The translations under genes were made by a program, and so were the position numbers. Of a stretch of 64,000 bases of DNA, positions 40,231-50,460 are shown in pieces (positions within the stretch are counted from its first letter, which is position 1; each line of letters starts with the position of its first letter). This DNA is from Candidatus Woesearchaeota archaeon (GTDB lineage: Archaea; Nanobdellota; Nanobdellia; Woesearchaeales; JABIAG01), in NCBI GenBank assembly GCA_018653365.1, contig JABIAG010000003.1, forward strand, positions 96,001 through 160,000, in the 5' to 3' direction. The notes below the pieces were generated by a model that worked only from the letters and a program-made list of their open reading frames with translations, did not search any database and had not been told where the DNA came from.

Positions 40231-41982
40231 TTAAACATAATACAGCTTATCTGCTTTCTTTTGTTTTTGATCCAATTGAGAATTCAATTTATTTGCTCGA
40301 GGACGTTTGCTTTCTGGGTCTCTTCTAAAGCTCATTCCTAGGTCTTCTAAGAATTTGTTCATTCCTTCCTGCATTCCAAACGGCCCATGTACTTCGCCGT
40401 GTAGTGCGGGTTCTCCCTCAAATACCATTACCTTATCACTTAAGTAATCTATGAATAATAAATCGTGATCTACTACTATTGCAGTTTTTCCTTTCATTTC
40501 CATGAAGTCTTTAATGACTTTACTTATCAAAAGTCTTTGTTCTACGTCTAAGTATGCTGAGGGCTCGTCAAAAAGATATAGGTCTGCTTCACGAGATAAA
40601 CATAATGCAATAGCAACCCGTTGTAATTCCCCTCCAGATAATTGATTTATCTGTCGCATAAGTAGGCCTGATACGTTTAAAGGAATTATGATTTGGTTTT
40701 TGTATTTCATTGCCTCTTTTAATAAATTTGCAACTAGTACGTTTGAGGATGAATCAATATATTGTGGTTTGTAACTAACTTTTACTTTTATATCTACCTT
40801 TCCCGAGTCTGCCTTCTCCTCCTCAGCCAGAATTTTAACAAATGAAGTTTTTCCTATTCCGTTTTCCCCCAACACACCTATTACATCTTTTCTGTGTACC
40901 TCTCCTGCTGTTGCTTTTAGGTTAAACGTGCCGAATTTTTTGATAATTCCACTCCAGGAGGTCAACATTTCTTTTTCTCCTTCCTGGAATGCTAGTCTTT
41001 TTTCAAATTTTAGTTTTGAATCTCTGAATCTAATGTTGCCGTCTTTTAAATAACCGTCTAAGTAAACATTTATGCCTGTTTTTGTACTTAGTGGATGACT
41101 GACCACTCCGTATACTTGTTCTTTTCCATACATGATGTGAATAAGATCTGTCATGAAATCTAGTATGATTAGGTCGTGTTCAACAACAAGTACTGCAGTA
41201 TCCGCATCTGCTAGTGAACGAATAAATTTTGAAACTTTTATACGTTGTTTAATGTCTAAGAAGGATGTTGGCTCATCAAATACATACAAATTAGCTTTTT
41301 TTAAGACTGTGGCACCAATTGCTACTCTTTGTAACTCTCCGCCAGATAATTGATCTAGTGTTCGATCTTTTACATTAATCAGGTCGAGTTCTTCAATAAT
41401 CCTATCAATCTCTCCTCGTTCATCAACTTTGCTTAGAGTTTCATAAACTGTTCCTTTGGCGGTTTTTGGTATTAATTCTACTTGTTGTGGTTTGTAACTG
41501 ATAACTATTTCTTCTTTTTTTACTTTTTCAAAATATAATTGTGCTTCTGTTCCTTTAAAGTACGCAATTAGTTCATCCCATCCTGCTTCTTCTTTTCCAA
41601 AGTTTGGTTTTAGCATTCCTGCCAAGATTTTTAGTGCAGTTGATTTTCCAATTCCGTTCTTTCCTAGTATTCCTACAACTTTTCCAAATATTGGGATGGG
41701 TAGGTTAAATAAGTGGAATCCATTTTCTCCATATTTGTGGATTGGTTCGTTATCTAATTCTGAGGGTAAATTAATTATTGAGATTGCATCATAGGGACAT
41801 CGGTTTGGACAGATTCCGCATCCTGTACACATGTTTTCGTAGATTACTGGTTTTCCGACATCTCCTTTTACTATGCACTCCTCTCCTGTTCGGTTAATGG
41901 GGCACACTCTCATGCAAAGGAAGTCTCCACAACCCGAAGGGTTGCATTTTTCTTTTTCAATTACCGCTATTCGTTTAACCAT
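40231..41982 (-). CDS. Ribosome recycling ATPase ABCE1/Rli1
   Basis: N-terminal Fe-S cysteines (CTGCGICPNRCP), two ABC domains with GIGKS/T and LSGGELQR. Confidence 0.97.
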   Translation of the reverse strand: MVKRIAVIEKEKCNPSGCGDFLCMRVCPINRTGEECIVKGDVGKPVIYENMCTGCGICPNRCPYDAISIINLPSELDNEPIHKYGENGFHLFNLPIPIFGKVVGILGKNGIGKSTALKILAGMLKPNFGKEEAGWDELIAYFKGTEAQLYFEKVKKEEIVISYKPQQVELIPKTAKGTVYETLSKVDERGEIDRIIEELDLINVKDRTLDQLSGGELQRVAIGATVLKKANLYVFDEPTSFLDIKQRIKVSKFIRSLADADTAVLVVEHDLIILDFMTDLIHIMYGKEQVYGVVSHPLSTKTGINVYLDGYLKDGNIRFRDSKLKFEKRLAFQEGEKEMLTSWSGIIKKFGTFNLKATAGEVHRKDVIGVLGENGIGKTSFVKILAEEEKADSGKVDIKVKVSYKPQYIDSSSNVLVANLLKEAMKYKNQIIIPLNVSGLLMRQINQLSGGELQRVAIALCLSREADLYLFDEPSAYLDVEQRLLISKVIKDFMEMKGKTAIVVDHDLLFIDYLSDKVMVFEGEPALHGEVHGPFGMQEGMNKFLEDLGMSFRRDPESKRPRANKLNSQLDQKQKKADKLYYV

Positions 41983-42055
41983 GGGAATAATTACTTTGGA
42001 AGCATATTTAAAGGTTTAGAAAAACTTTTTAATTAGAGGCAGTTTTATTTAATTC

Positions 42056-42184
42056 ATGGTTTGTGAACATAACGTAAACATTGATTGTACTTGTAAAGAT
42101 ACTTCTTGTGATAAGCATGGCAAGTGTTGTGAGTGTGTCGCATATCATAGAACTAACGGCGATGTACCTATCTGTTTGAGGTAG
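42056..42184 (+). CDS. 42-aa Cys/His-rich protein (DUF6485-like), absent from the ORF track
   Basis: MVCEHNVNIDCTCKDTSCDKHGKCCECVAYHRTNGDVPICLR*; TATA-like sequence upstream. Confidence 0.8.
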   Translation: MVCEHNVNIDCTCKDTSCDKHGKCCECVAYHRTNGDVPICLR

Positions 42185-42214
42185 CTTTTTAAATCACACA
42201 ATCTTCCTCTTCTA

Positions 42215-43081
42215 ATGTCTTTTACAGATCTGTTCAAGTTATTAAGAGCGAACAATTATTACAAGAATTTGTTAATATTTCTCCCCCTGATTTTCATTTC
42301 TCAAATTCTCTCTCCAAATCCTCTTTTAAGAGTGTTCTTGGGATTTATCGCATTATGTGCGGTCTCATCAGCAAATTATATCTTTAATGATATTATTGAC
42401 AGAAAACAAGACATTCATCATCCAGAAAAACGTTTTAGGCCTATTGCGTCAGGCAGGGTTTGGACGGAATTTGCACTATTTATTGGAATCACGCTTCTAA
42501 TAACCTCTTTTCTACTTTCTTATTTATTATCTTTCTATTTTTTCTTATTCGTACTAGCTTTATTCATCTTAACTAATCTGTATTCTCTCTTTCTTAAACA
42601 GATTTTATTCTTGGACATCATTTTCATTTCAATTAACTTTGTGCTAAGAGCTTTAGCCGGCGCATTCATTATTTTTCCTAACAAAATCATACGAATCTCG
42701 CCCTGGCTTGTTCTTGTGCCCTTCTTCCTAGCATTGTTCCTTGCTACAGCAAAGAGAAGATCAAATCTAATCTATCTGGGAGAACACGCCTCTAAGTACA
42801 ACAAGTTACTAGAACATTACGATTATCACACTACTTCATTCTTATTTACTACCTCAACTACGCTATTAATCTTCACGTATGCATTGTTCACTTTTTTCTC
42901 TGATTTTCCCTTGTTAATCATCACAATTCCTATTGTTCTTTACGCAATCTTTCGTTTCTATAAGTTAACTGAATCAGGTAATAGAATTGGTAGAAATATA
43001 ATCCATTCAGTTAAAGATAAAAGCTTACTAATTTCTTTCTTATTGTGGATTTTCGTAACTTTCTTGGTTATTTACCTTTGA
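42215..43081 (+). CDS. UbiA-family prenyltransferase, decaprenyl-phosphate phosphoribosyltransferase-like
   Basis: KNLLIFLP, YIFNDIIDRKQDIHHPEKRFRPIASG, AKRR. Confidence 0.88.
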   Translation: MSFTDLFKLLRANNYYKNLLIFLPLIFISQILSPNPLLRVFLGFIALCAVSSANYIFNDIIDRKQDIHHPEKRFRPIASGRVWTEFALFIGITLLITSFLLSYLLSFYFFLFVLALFILTNLYSLFLKQILFLDIIFISINFVLRALAGAFIIFPNKIIRISPWLVLVPFFLALFLATAKRRSNLIYLGEHASKYNKLLEHYDYHTTSFLFTTSTTLLIFTYALFTFFSDFPLLIITIPIVLYAIFRFYKLTESGNRIGRNIIHSVKDKSLLISFLLWIFVTFLVIYL

Positions 43082-43085
43082 CAAC

Positions 43086-43541
43086 TTACTTCTTTATCAT
43101 ATCGCCAATAGTTAACGCGCCAGATTCTGCTTGCTTTTCAGGTTCGTACTCATAACTTTCGAATTCAACGAGTTTAATTCCCAAAAATCTCTCTAACTTA
43201 CGTGCAAGTGCAATGCTTAATGAACCCTCTGCGTTCTCTGCATGGTGTAATACAGATTCTTTTTCATTTATTTTTTTAGCAACCTCTTCCTGCGTCATAT
43301 TTTTACTCTCTCTTGCTTTTTTGATTAGTGAACTATAATTTGTAACAATGGTCTCTACAGGTTCGTCCTCAACTACAACCTTGCGATTAACACGTTTTGT
43401 TTCTCTTTGAACTTCTTCCTCTGTCTTCACCCTTGAAATAACCGTTCCATGTTTTGCACATTGTGAACAAACAGTGAGCATACTTCCCTCTACTTGGGTT
43501 TTAAATAATTGTTCAGAACTTCCACACATATCGCATTCCAT
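43086..43541 (-). CDS. Archaeal multiprotein bridging factor aMBF1
   Basis: CDMCG..VCSQC zinc ribbon, HTH, LTIGD ending. Confidence 0.93.
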   Translation of the reverse strand: MECDMCGSSEQLFKTQVEGSMLTVCSQCAKHGTVISRVKTEEEVQRETKRVNRKVVVEDEPVETIVTNYSSLIKKARESKNMTQEEVAKKINEKESVLHHAENAEGSLSIALARKLERFLGIKLVEFESYEYEPEKQAESGALTIGDMIKK

Positions 43542-43605
43542 TGGTTTCCCCTCCTTTAAACTATTTTCATAATATTTATATACTTTCTAGTTAATAATTT
43601 TTTCT

Positions 43606-43851
43606 ATGAAATACTTGATACTTTTACTATTTGTACTAGCTTTAACCGCTTGCGCGCCAAAGGAGTGTGAAACCAGTGAAGATTGCATTCCTGCGTCTTG
43701 TTGTCATGCATCAACCTGTACTACACTAACCAACGCCCCGTCAGATTGTGCTTTTACGTTTTGTTCTCAAGAATGTGTGCCTAATACGTTAGATTGTAAC
43801 CAGGGAGGTTGTCAGTGTATTAAGAATAGGTGTTTAGCTGTTCTCAAATAG
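43606..43851 (+). CDS. Small Cys-rich lipoprotein
   Basis: LALTAC lipobox; C...DC.PASCCH..C..C..C..EC..C..C.C..C. Confidence 0.75.
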   Translation: MKYLILLLFVLALTACAPKECETSEDCIPASCCHASTCTTLTNAPSDCAFTFCSQECVPNTLDCNQGGCQCIKNRCLAVLK

Positions 43852-43891
43852 TTCTTTATTACAAACTTTTAAATAATCTGATCAATAAGTT

Positions 43892-44962
43892 GTGCTTATG
43901 AAGGAATTAACAGCCCTAGACATAAATTATTTGGTGAAAGAGTTAAAAGCGTTAGAAACTGCCAAAGTAGATCAGATTTATCAACCCTCCGATCTTTTAA
44001 TTAGATTTCATTCTACCCAGCTTGGCAAAGTTATTTTGAGAATAAACAAAAAGTTCATTTTTCTTACAGAATTTAAAGAATCACAAATTAATCCATCTGG
44101 TTTTTGTATGGCACTAAGGAAGAAGTTAAAGAATTCCCGACTTAAATCGTTTGAACAGGTTGACTTTGAGCGAGTTGTTAAACTAGTTTTTGAGACTAAA
44201 GAAGGGGTGTTAAATCTGTATATTGAACTATTTTCCAAAAGTAATTTAGTTTTAACAAATAAAGACAACCTGATTCTTGCATCATTATCTTCGGAGAACA
44301 CTAAACGGATTATAAAAAAAGGAGAGGAATACATTCTTCCTAAAAAAGAACATAACTTCTTAACATTAAAAGAAAATGAACTAGTCAATATTCTTGCTAA
44401 TTCGGATCTTTCTTTGGTTAAAACACTTGCCACCAAGTTAAGTTTAGGGGGAGTGTATGCAGAATACGTTCTCCAAGATTATAATAAAGACTTAGTTGCA
44501 AACAAGTTTAAAGAAACAAAAGAATTGTTTAAGAAACTTGTTAAATTAAAAAATCAACCAATTTGTCCATCTAAAATTAAGAGTCATTTAGTGCCGTTCA
44601 AGACGGATGTTCAGTTAGAATCCAAAACATACAATGAAGCACTGGAGAAATCATTAACGTCGCAATTAAAAGAAGAACACGCAAATATCTCATTACAACC
44701 GTTTTTAAAAAAGAAGGAAAGGTTAGAAAAGATAATTCAGACCCAGCAAAAAACAATCACTGAATTAAATGACGGTGCAGTCTTAAATACAAAGAAGGGA
44801 GAATTAATTTATAACAACTATCAACTAATTGAACAAATTATTGCTCAATTAAAGTTGGCTAAGAAGTCAATGTCTTGGGGTGAAATAAAAGCTAAAGTAA
44901 AACAAAAAACGTTAAAAAGAATCGATGAAGGACAAGGAAAGATAGTATTAAATTTAAAATGA
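43892..44962 (+). CDS. NFACT/Rqc2 homolog, N-terminal part only
   Basis: LTALDI, PSGFCMALRKKL, FERVV, IELFSKSNLVL; ends after the first coiled coil. Confidence 0.85.
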   Translation: MLMKELTALDINYLVKELKALETAKVDQIYQPSDLLIRFHSTQLGKVILRINKKFIFLTEFKESQINPSGFCMALRKKLKNSRLKSFEQVDFERVVKLVFETKEGVLNLYIELFSKSNLVLTNKDNLILASLSSENTKRIIKKGEEYILPKKEHNFLTLKENELVNILANSDLSLVKTLATKLSLGGVYAEYVLQDYNKDLVANKFKETKELFKKLVKLKNQPICPSKIKSHLVPFKTDVQLESKTYNEALEKSLTSQLKEEHANISLQPFLKKKERLEKIIQTQQKTITELNDGAVLNTKKGELIYNNYQLIEQIIAQLKLAKKSMSWGEIKAKVKQKTLKRIDEGQGKIVLNLK

Positions 44963-45906
44963 AAATATTAATTACAGGTGGTGCAGGATTTATTGGCTCA
45001 CACACAGTTAAAGCACTAGTAGCGCGAGGAGATGAAGTGGTTATAGTTGATGACCTTAATGATTATTATGATCCTAAACTAAAACAGGATCGTTTAGATG
45101 TGTTTCTTAAAGATGTGGATTTTGAGTTTAATAAACTTGATATTTCTGATATGGGTGCGTTGAAAGAGGTTTTTTCAAAACATAAGTTTAATTGTATTGT
45201 TCATCTTGCTGCTCAGGCAGGAGTTAGATATTCTTTAGAAAATCCTTTTGCGTATGAAAAGTCAAATAATTTGGGAACTCTTAACATTCTTGAATTAGCA
45301 AGGCATAATAATGTTAAAAATGTGGTTATGGCATCTAGTTCTTCTGTTTATGGAAACAATCAACCTCCCTTTAAGGAGTCTGATTCTGTTGATACTCCGA
45401 TTTCTCTTTATGCGTCTACCAAGAAATATAATGAGCTTATGGCACATACTTATCATCACTTGTTTGGTTTGAACTGTACTTGTTTGAGGTTCTTTACTGT
45501 TTATGGGCCTTGGGGCAGACCTGATATGGCGTTGTTTTTGTTTACTAAAGCAATTCTTGAAGATAATACTATTGACGTTTTTAATAAGGGTAAGATGAAG
45601 AGAAATTTTACTTATGTTTCAGATATTGTTGCAGGAATTCTTTCTTCTGTTGATCATCACTATCCTTATGAAGTTTTTAATCTTGGTGGAGAAGAAACTG
45701 TTAAGTTAACTTATTTCATTGAGTGTATTGAAAAAGAATTAAACAAAGAGGCTAAGCAGAACTTTTTACCCTTGCAACCTGGTGACGTCTTAGATACTAT
45801 TGCAGATATTTCTAAAGCAAGAGAAATGCTTGATTTTCAACCTAAAGTTAATGTTGAAGATGGCATTAAGAATTTTGTTGAATGGTACAACTCTTATTTC
45901 TCATAA
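44959..45906 (+). CDS. NAD-dependent epimerase (UDP-glucuronate 4-epimerase-like)
   Basis: TGGAGFIG, HLAAQAGVRYS, YASTKK, RFFTVYGPWGRPDMA. Confidence 0.93.
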   Translation: MKILITGGAGFIGSHTVKALVARGDEVVIVDDLNDYYDPKLKQDRLDVFLKDVDFEFNKLDISDMGALKEVFSKHKFNCIVHLAAQAGVRYSLENPFAYEKSNNLGTLNILELARHNNVKNVVMASSSSVYGNNQPPFKESDSVDTPISLYASTKKYNELMAHTYHHLFGLNCTCLRFFTVYGPWGRPDMALFLFTKAILEDNTIDVFNKGKMKRNFTYVSDIVAGILSSVDHHYPYEVFNLGGEETVKLTYFIECIEKELNKEAKQNFLPLQPGDVLDTIADISKAREMLDFQPKVNVEDGIKNFVEWYNSYFS

Positions 45907-46373
45907 TGTTGTTTGTGTCTGAATGGATGTTTTGATGTTCTTAACATGTTAAACCAACTATAAAATCCGAATCTTAAGAAGAATACGGATGTCCAGATTA
46001 TTGGAGTAAATAGTAAGGTGTTAAACTTGCCTACATCAATAACTGCCCAGAATGCAAAAATGGATATTCCTAAAATCACTAATTCAATAAATGCATAAAT
46101 TGCAGCCACGTGTTTTTTCATTTTTGTTAAATCAATTCTTTTGTATACGAAGTATTTTATGAATAGTGCTGCAATGTAAAGTATTGGACTCATTACTGCT
46201 GCTAATACTCCAAATAAGTCCACTGCAAGCCACATTATAATTATGCTAACTGCAGTAAGGATTAGGCTGACGAATGAATATTTTAAGAAGTTTTCGATTA
46301 GTTTATAGAAGGGTAGTTTTTTTAGATATTTATACCCTGGAAGTCTGAACTTTTTTCTTTTAATCATGTGCAT
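45894..46373 (-). CDS. GtrA-like 4-TM protein
   Basis: Four TMs; paralog of the neighbouring gene (VDLFGVLAA). Confidence 0.7.
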   Translation of the reverse strand: MHMIKRKKFRLPGYKYLKKLPFYKLIENFLKYSFVSLILTAVSIIIMWLAVDLFGVLAAVMSPILYIAALFIKYFVYKRIDLTKMKKHVAAIYAFIELVILGISIFAFWAVIDVGKFNTLLFTPIIWTSVFFLRFGFYSWFNMLRTSKHPFRHKQHYEK

Positions 46374-46390
46374 TTAAGCAGTTTAGAACT

Positions 46391-46810
46391 TTATAATACT
46401 TCCTGTTTTTTTAACATTTTGAATATTTTGTAAAAATAAAATCTTAATAAAAAAGTAAAGACTAAAATTATTGGGTTCATTATTATTACAGTTAGTTTCA
46501 TTAGGTCTACTGTTAACCATAATAAACTTGTTGATATGGTAAGAATCAGTAACCAAATTGTAACATACCCAAGAAAAACTTTTTTCCCTTTTCCCAACAT
46601 TCCAGATCTTTGATATAAGAAATATTTAAGAAAAAAGACTAATGCAGATAATGGGGGATTAACAATAGCGGCTAGCACCCCAAATATGTCTACAAATAAC
46701 CAGAGAACTGCAGTGGTGAAAATGGTTATTCCTGCACTTATTACTAAGTATCTTGAAAAGTGATTGTCTGATACTGCATTAACTTTTTTTATGAGTTTTT
46801 TTAAAAGCAT
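46391..46810 (-). CDS. GtrA-like 4-TM protein
   Basis: FSRYLVIS..LWLFVDIFG; four TMs. Confidence 0.7.
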   Translation of the reverse strand: MLLKKLIKKVNAVSDNHFSRYLVISAGITIFTTAVLWLFVDIFGVLAAIVNPPLSALVFFLKYFLYQRSGMLGKGKKVFLGYVTIWLLILTISTSLLWLTVDLMKLTVIIMNPIILVFTFLLRFYFYKIFKMLKKQEVL

Positions 46811-46856
46811 GTTATTAAATTAACCGCATTCATTTATTAATTTTTAGAAAAATAAA

Positions 46857-46969
46857 GGTGGACAGCTTACCGATTTTCCCGCGTAATGCAGTACTCACCA
46901 ATACGGAGACCTTCTTAACTTCTGTGTTCAGGATGGGAACAGGTGAACCAAGTCCCTATGGCCGTCCAA
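46857..46969 (-). rRNA. rrf: 5S rRNA (unlinked)
   Basis: UGGACGGCCAUAG..ACCUGUUCCCAUCCUGAACACAGAAGUUAAG..GUACUG..GCUGUCCA; own TATA (TTTATAAA) at ~46990. Confidence 0.93.
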
Positions 46970-47107
46970 TGTAAAGGAATCCAAATCCCTTTATAAAGCT
47001 TTTGTCTCAAAAACAGAAGTTTTATGCTCGGAACATAGTGACGTTGTATGAGTTTACTAAGAAAACTTTGTGCTTGGTACGGTCTGTCTAGACATAAATA
47101 TTATTTT

Positions 47108-47695
47108 TCACTTTATACAGATTGCAATATTCCATAAAACTACTTTTCTCACAAAAACTTTGCTAAAGTGAGGTTTTAAGAAATTATATAGTTGTTTCTT
47201 GCTCCAATGGTTGACGTGTCCCGGCGTATTACCTAATTTTTTTAAGTATGACCCTCTTAACATGTTTGCAATTCTCCATAATGGTTCGTTTGGAACACTT
47301 ACTAGTACATATCGTTTACTTATTCTTTTTAATTCCATTAATCCTTTTCTAGGTTCATCTAAATGTTCTAATACTTCTGATGATAGAACCAAATCATAAC
47401 TAGCATCCTTTCTGTTTATTTCGTAGATAGAACCTTGTTCAAAATGTATGTCTGGGTGCAAGCTTTGAGCTTTTTTAACCATTTCTTCCCCTAATTCCAT
47501 GCCCTCAATAAGTACTTTGTTGGCGTCTTTTACAGTTTTGGTTGTGTGTCCTTCTCCGCAGCCAACATCAAGAACTGTTTTCGCATGAGATTTTTGTACG
47601 AATTCGTTAAGAACGTGATGAAACTTTTTCATTAATTTTTTGACAATTGGATTAGAACTCCCATGTTTGTCATAATAATTTCCTTCGACGTTCAT
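47108..47695 (-). CDS. Class I SAM-dependent methyltransferase
   Basis: VLDVGCGEG, EVLEHL. Confidence 0.9.
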   Translation of the reverse strand: MNVEGNYYDKHGSSNPIVKKLMKKFHHVLNEFVQKSHAKTVLDVGCGEGHTTKTVKDANKVLIEGMELGEEMVKKAQSLHPDIHFEQGSIYEINRKDASYDLVLSSEVLEHLDEPRKGLMELKRISKRYVLVSVPNEPLWRIANMLRGSYLKKLGNTPGHVNHWSKKQLYNFLKPHFSKVFVRKVVLWNIAICIK

Positions 47696-48567
47696 TTTCT
47701 TTGCATATCTGCTAAAAACCCAAAAGAGATTATTTGTATTCCTGTTAAAATTAATAGTGCGCTTAAAACAACTCGAGGTATTCCGCCTGCAGTTCCAAGA
47801 ACTATAATTCTTCCTAGTATGTACAGTCCAAGTATGCCTCCCAACACAATTAAAGTTATTCCAATTCTTCCGAAGAATTTCAATGGTTCAAAATCTCTAT
47901 AAATTCTTAAAATGTTGATCCATGCTTTTATTGCATATTCAAATGGGTTGTTGAATAATTTACTGGGTCTAGTTTCTCTTGTTGTTATGGGAATTTCTTC
48001 AATTTTCATATTTGCTTTTCCTGCACGAATTAATTGTTCTTGGGTATAGGTGAAACTGTTAATCAAAGGCAGTTCTGCTACCTCTCTTGTAAATACTCTA
48101 AACCCTGTTGTTGTATCGGTTAATTTGGTTTTTAGTAGTTTGGAGAATGCACGGGCGAACATCTTATTTCCCATGCTTTTCATCTTGCTACCTGAATATT
48201 GTCCTTTTTCAAATCTACATCCTAATACTAAATCCGCACCTGCTATAATTTTTTCAATCATTGGAGGGATGTACTTTGCAGGATATTGGCCGTCAGCATC
48301 AGTATGTACAATAATGTCTGCGTTATGTTCTTTACATCGTTTCATTTCATGTTTAAACGTATCTGCCAAACCAAGATTTTTTTTATTTGAGTAAACTATT
48401 GCTCCTGCATTTTCTGCAACTTTTACAGTTTTATCCTCACTTCCATCATTTACAACTAAAATTTCAAATTCGTAAGGCAGTCCTCTCATAAGATCTTTGA
48501 GTTCTTTTATAACTGGAGTTATGGTTTTTTCTTCGTTATATGCAGGAATGGTTATGATTACTTTCAT
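47692..48567 (-). CDS. GT2 glycosyltransferase (DPM synthase-like, 2 C-terminal TMs)
   Basis: IPAYNEE, VNDGS, TDADGQY. Confidence 0.93.
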   Translation of the reverse strand: MKVIITIPAYNEEKTITPVIKELKDLMRGLPYEFEILVVNDGSEDKTVKVAENAGAIVYSNKKNLGLADTFKHEMKRCKEHNADIIVHTDADGQYPAKYIPPMIEKIIAGADLVLGCRFEKGQYSGSKMKSMGNKMFARAFSKLLKTKLTDTTTGFRVFTREVAELPLINSFTYTQEQLIRAGKANMKIEEIPITTRETRPSKLFNNPFEYAIKAWINILRIYRDFEPLKFFGRIGITLIVLGGILGLYILGRIIVLGTAGGIPRVVLSALLILTGIQIISFGFLADMQRK

Positions 48568-48618
48568 AAATACTATAAAACAAGAAACTATTTAAATAGC
48601 TTTCTACTCTACAGTCTC

Positions 48619-50460
48619 ATGGAATTCGTGAGCATATTATTTTTCTTTGTAATGTTTTGGGGATTGGGATTTTCTATAACCTTCTTCATTAAGAAGAAAG
48701 ATGATTTCTTTGAAAAGTTCTTTATGAATCTTGCTTTTGGTATTGCAGTATTCGCTATTCTTGCTGCATTTTTCACTGTAGTTCACATTCCTCTAGCTTG
48801 GTATGTTTTTTTGATATTGTCTTTGATCATTCCTGTTTGGCACTTATTTACAAAAAAGCATTCTTTTAAGTTTAAACTTAAACGTTCTCATCTTTTTTTG
48901 ATTGTTGTTTTGATCTTGTTTATTTTTACTTTTTCTATGTATTTGAAAGGGAGTTTTGCATATCAATTGTATGAGGATGGTGATCCCTGGAAGCACGCAG
49001 GAATTGCTAAGTATATTGCAATACAAAAAACTGCATTAGAACCTTTTGAAGGAGGTAATGTTTTACAGTATGTTGATTCTTACCCTCCAGCATATGATTC
49101 TTTAATGTCTGTTTTGTATCAGGTATCAAATAATTTGGTTTGGACCATGAAATTTTTTAATGCACTTCTGATTTCATTAGGTATTTTCTTTTTTTACTTT
49201 TTTGTTAAGCGTTTCACTGGAAGGGCAGATCGTGCACTTTTTGCAACCTTTATTTTGGCAATGATTCCTGCTTACATGTCTCATTTTATTTGGGCGCATG
49301 CGATTATAACACTATTGCTATTTATTCTGTTTTATTCTATTGAAAGACTTGGAGAAAACAAGTGCTGGTTCTTTCCTACTTTTATTGCGTATGCAGGGGC
49401 AATCTTAATTCAGCCAACTCAAGCCTTCAAATTAACTTTGCTGGTAATAATCTATTTGGTTGTGAAATCTTTATTGATGAAAAAAGTTCAGTGGAATCAA
49501 CTGGGTGCAGTTATTTCAGGGGGAATATTAGCATTTGTTGTTTGGTGGGGTCCAATGATTGTTCGTTACGGCTCACTTAAAAAAATGATTTTGGGGGGCG
49601 GAACATCATTAAGTGTTGCTCGGGGTGTTGAGGGATTCACTCTTAAGTTTCATGGAACTGCAGATAGAATTTATACTTTTGTAGATTTTTTCTTTGCTAA
49701 CAGAGTTAACATGATCAACAATCCAATCGGAATTGGTGTTGTGGTAATGTTATTATTATTCTTTACCATCTTTGTTTTGATTTGGAAGTACAAACATTTG
49801 TTAAAAGAAAAAAATCATTGGGTTATCATTTCAGGAGCGATGTTATTGTTTACTTTCTTAGGTGTTCATGGAGAGAGACTTCCTGTTCAATTATGGGCAT
49901 TCAGGTTTTGGATGTTGTTTGCAGTTTTTCTTTCTATATTTGTTAGTGCAGGCTTTTTTGGTTTGGTTAAGTTATGTAAGAAAGTTAAATTTCCAGTTGT
50001 TTTATTAATTGTTTTAATTGTTTTGGGAGTTTGGTTTACTTCTGGAACCCAAAAGTGGAGTGTTAATACAGGTAGTTGGGAACATACTGCTGGAGAATTT
50101 GCACAGTATGGAAATTTGGATTCTTGGAAGTATGTCGCGGATCTTCCTCAGAATTCTAATGTTTTCTTTCCTTGTCGAAACCATAGGGACTTAGATGTTG
50201 CAATTATGGGTGTTGATCAGAATACTTGTTTGTGGTGTGCAGATGAGAAAGAATTCAAATTAAGGTGGGTGAATGAAACTCCTGAATCTATGGTACGTTT
50301 TGCTCAGTCTAAAGAGTATGATTATCTTTTTTTAGATGGTAATTGTTTTGTTCAATTAGATGAAAATGTTACTTTGTTTGGGAATTATCTTCAAGGAATA
50401 GGTGCAACTGGTGTTTCTTTAGTTCACAAAAGTCAGGGTGGATTCGTTTTTAAGATTTAA
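48619..50460 (+). CDS. Multi-TM membrane protein, probable GT-C fold glycosyltransferase
   Basis: ~13 TMs; DPWKH and YPP in the first large loop. Confidence 0.7.
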   Translation: MEFVSILFFFVMFWGLGFSITFFIKKKDDFFEKFFMNLAFGIAVFAILAAFFTVVHIPLAWYVFLILSLIIPVWHLFTKKHSFKFKLKRSHLFLIVVLILFIFTFSMYLKGSFAYQLYEDGDPWKHAGIAKYIAIQKTALEPFEGGNVLQYVDSYPPAYDSLMSVLYQVSNNLVWTMKFFNALLISLGIFFFYFFVKRFTGRADRALFATFILAMIPAYMSHFIWAHAIITLLLFILFYSIERLGENKCWFFPTFIAYAGAILIQPTQAFKLTLLVIIYLVVKSLLMKKVQWNQLGAVISGGILAFVVWWGPMIVRYGSLKKMILGGGTSLSVARGVEGFTLKFHGTADRIYTFVDFFFANRVNMINNPIGIGVVVMLLLFFTIFVLIWKYKHLLKEKNHWVIISGAMLLFTFLGVHGERLPVQLWAFRFWMLFAVFLSIFVSAGFFGLVKLCKKVKFPVVLLIVLIVLGVWFTSGTQKWSVNTGSWEHTAGEFAQYGNLDSWKYVADLPQNSNVFFPCRNHRDLDVAIMGVDQNTCLWCADEKEFKLRWVNETPESMVRFAQSKEYDYLFLDGNCFVQLDENVTLFGNYLQGIGATGVSLVHKSQGGFVFKI

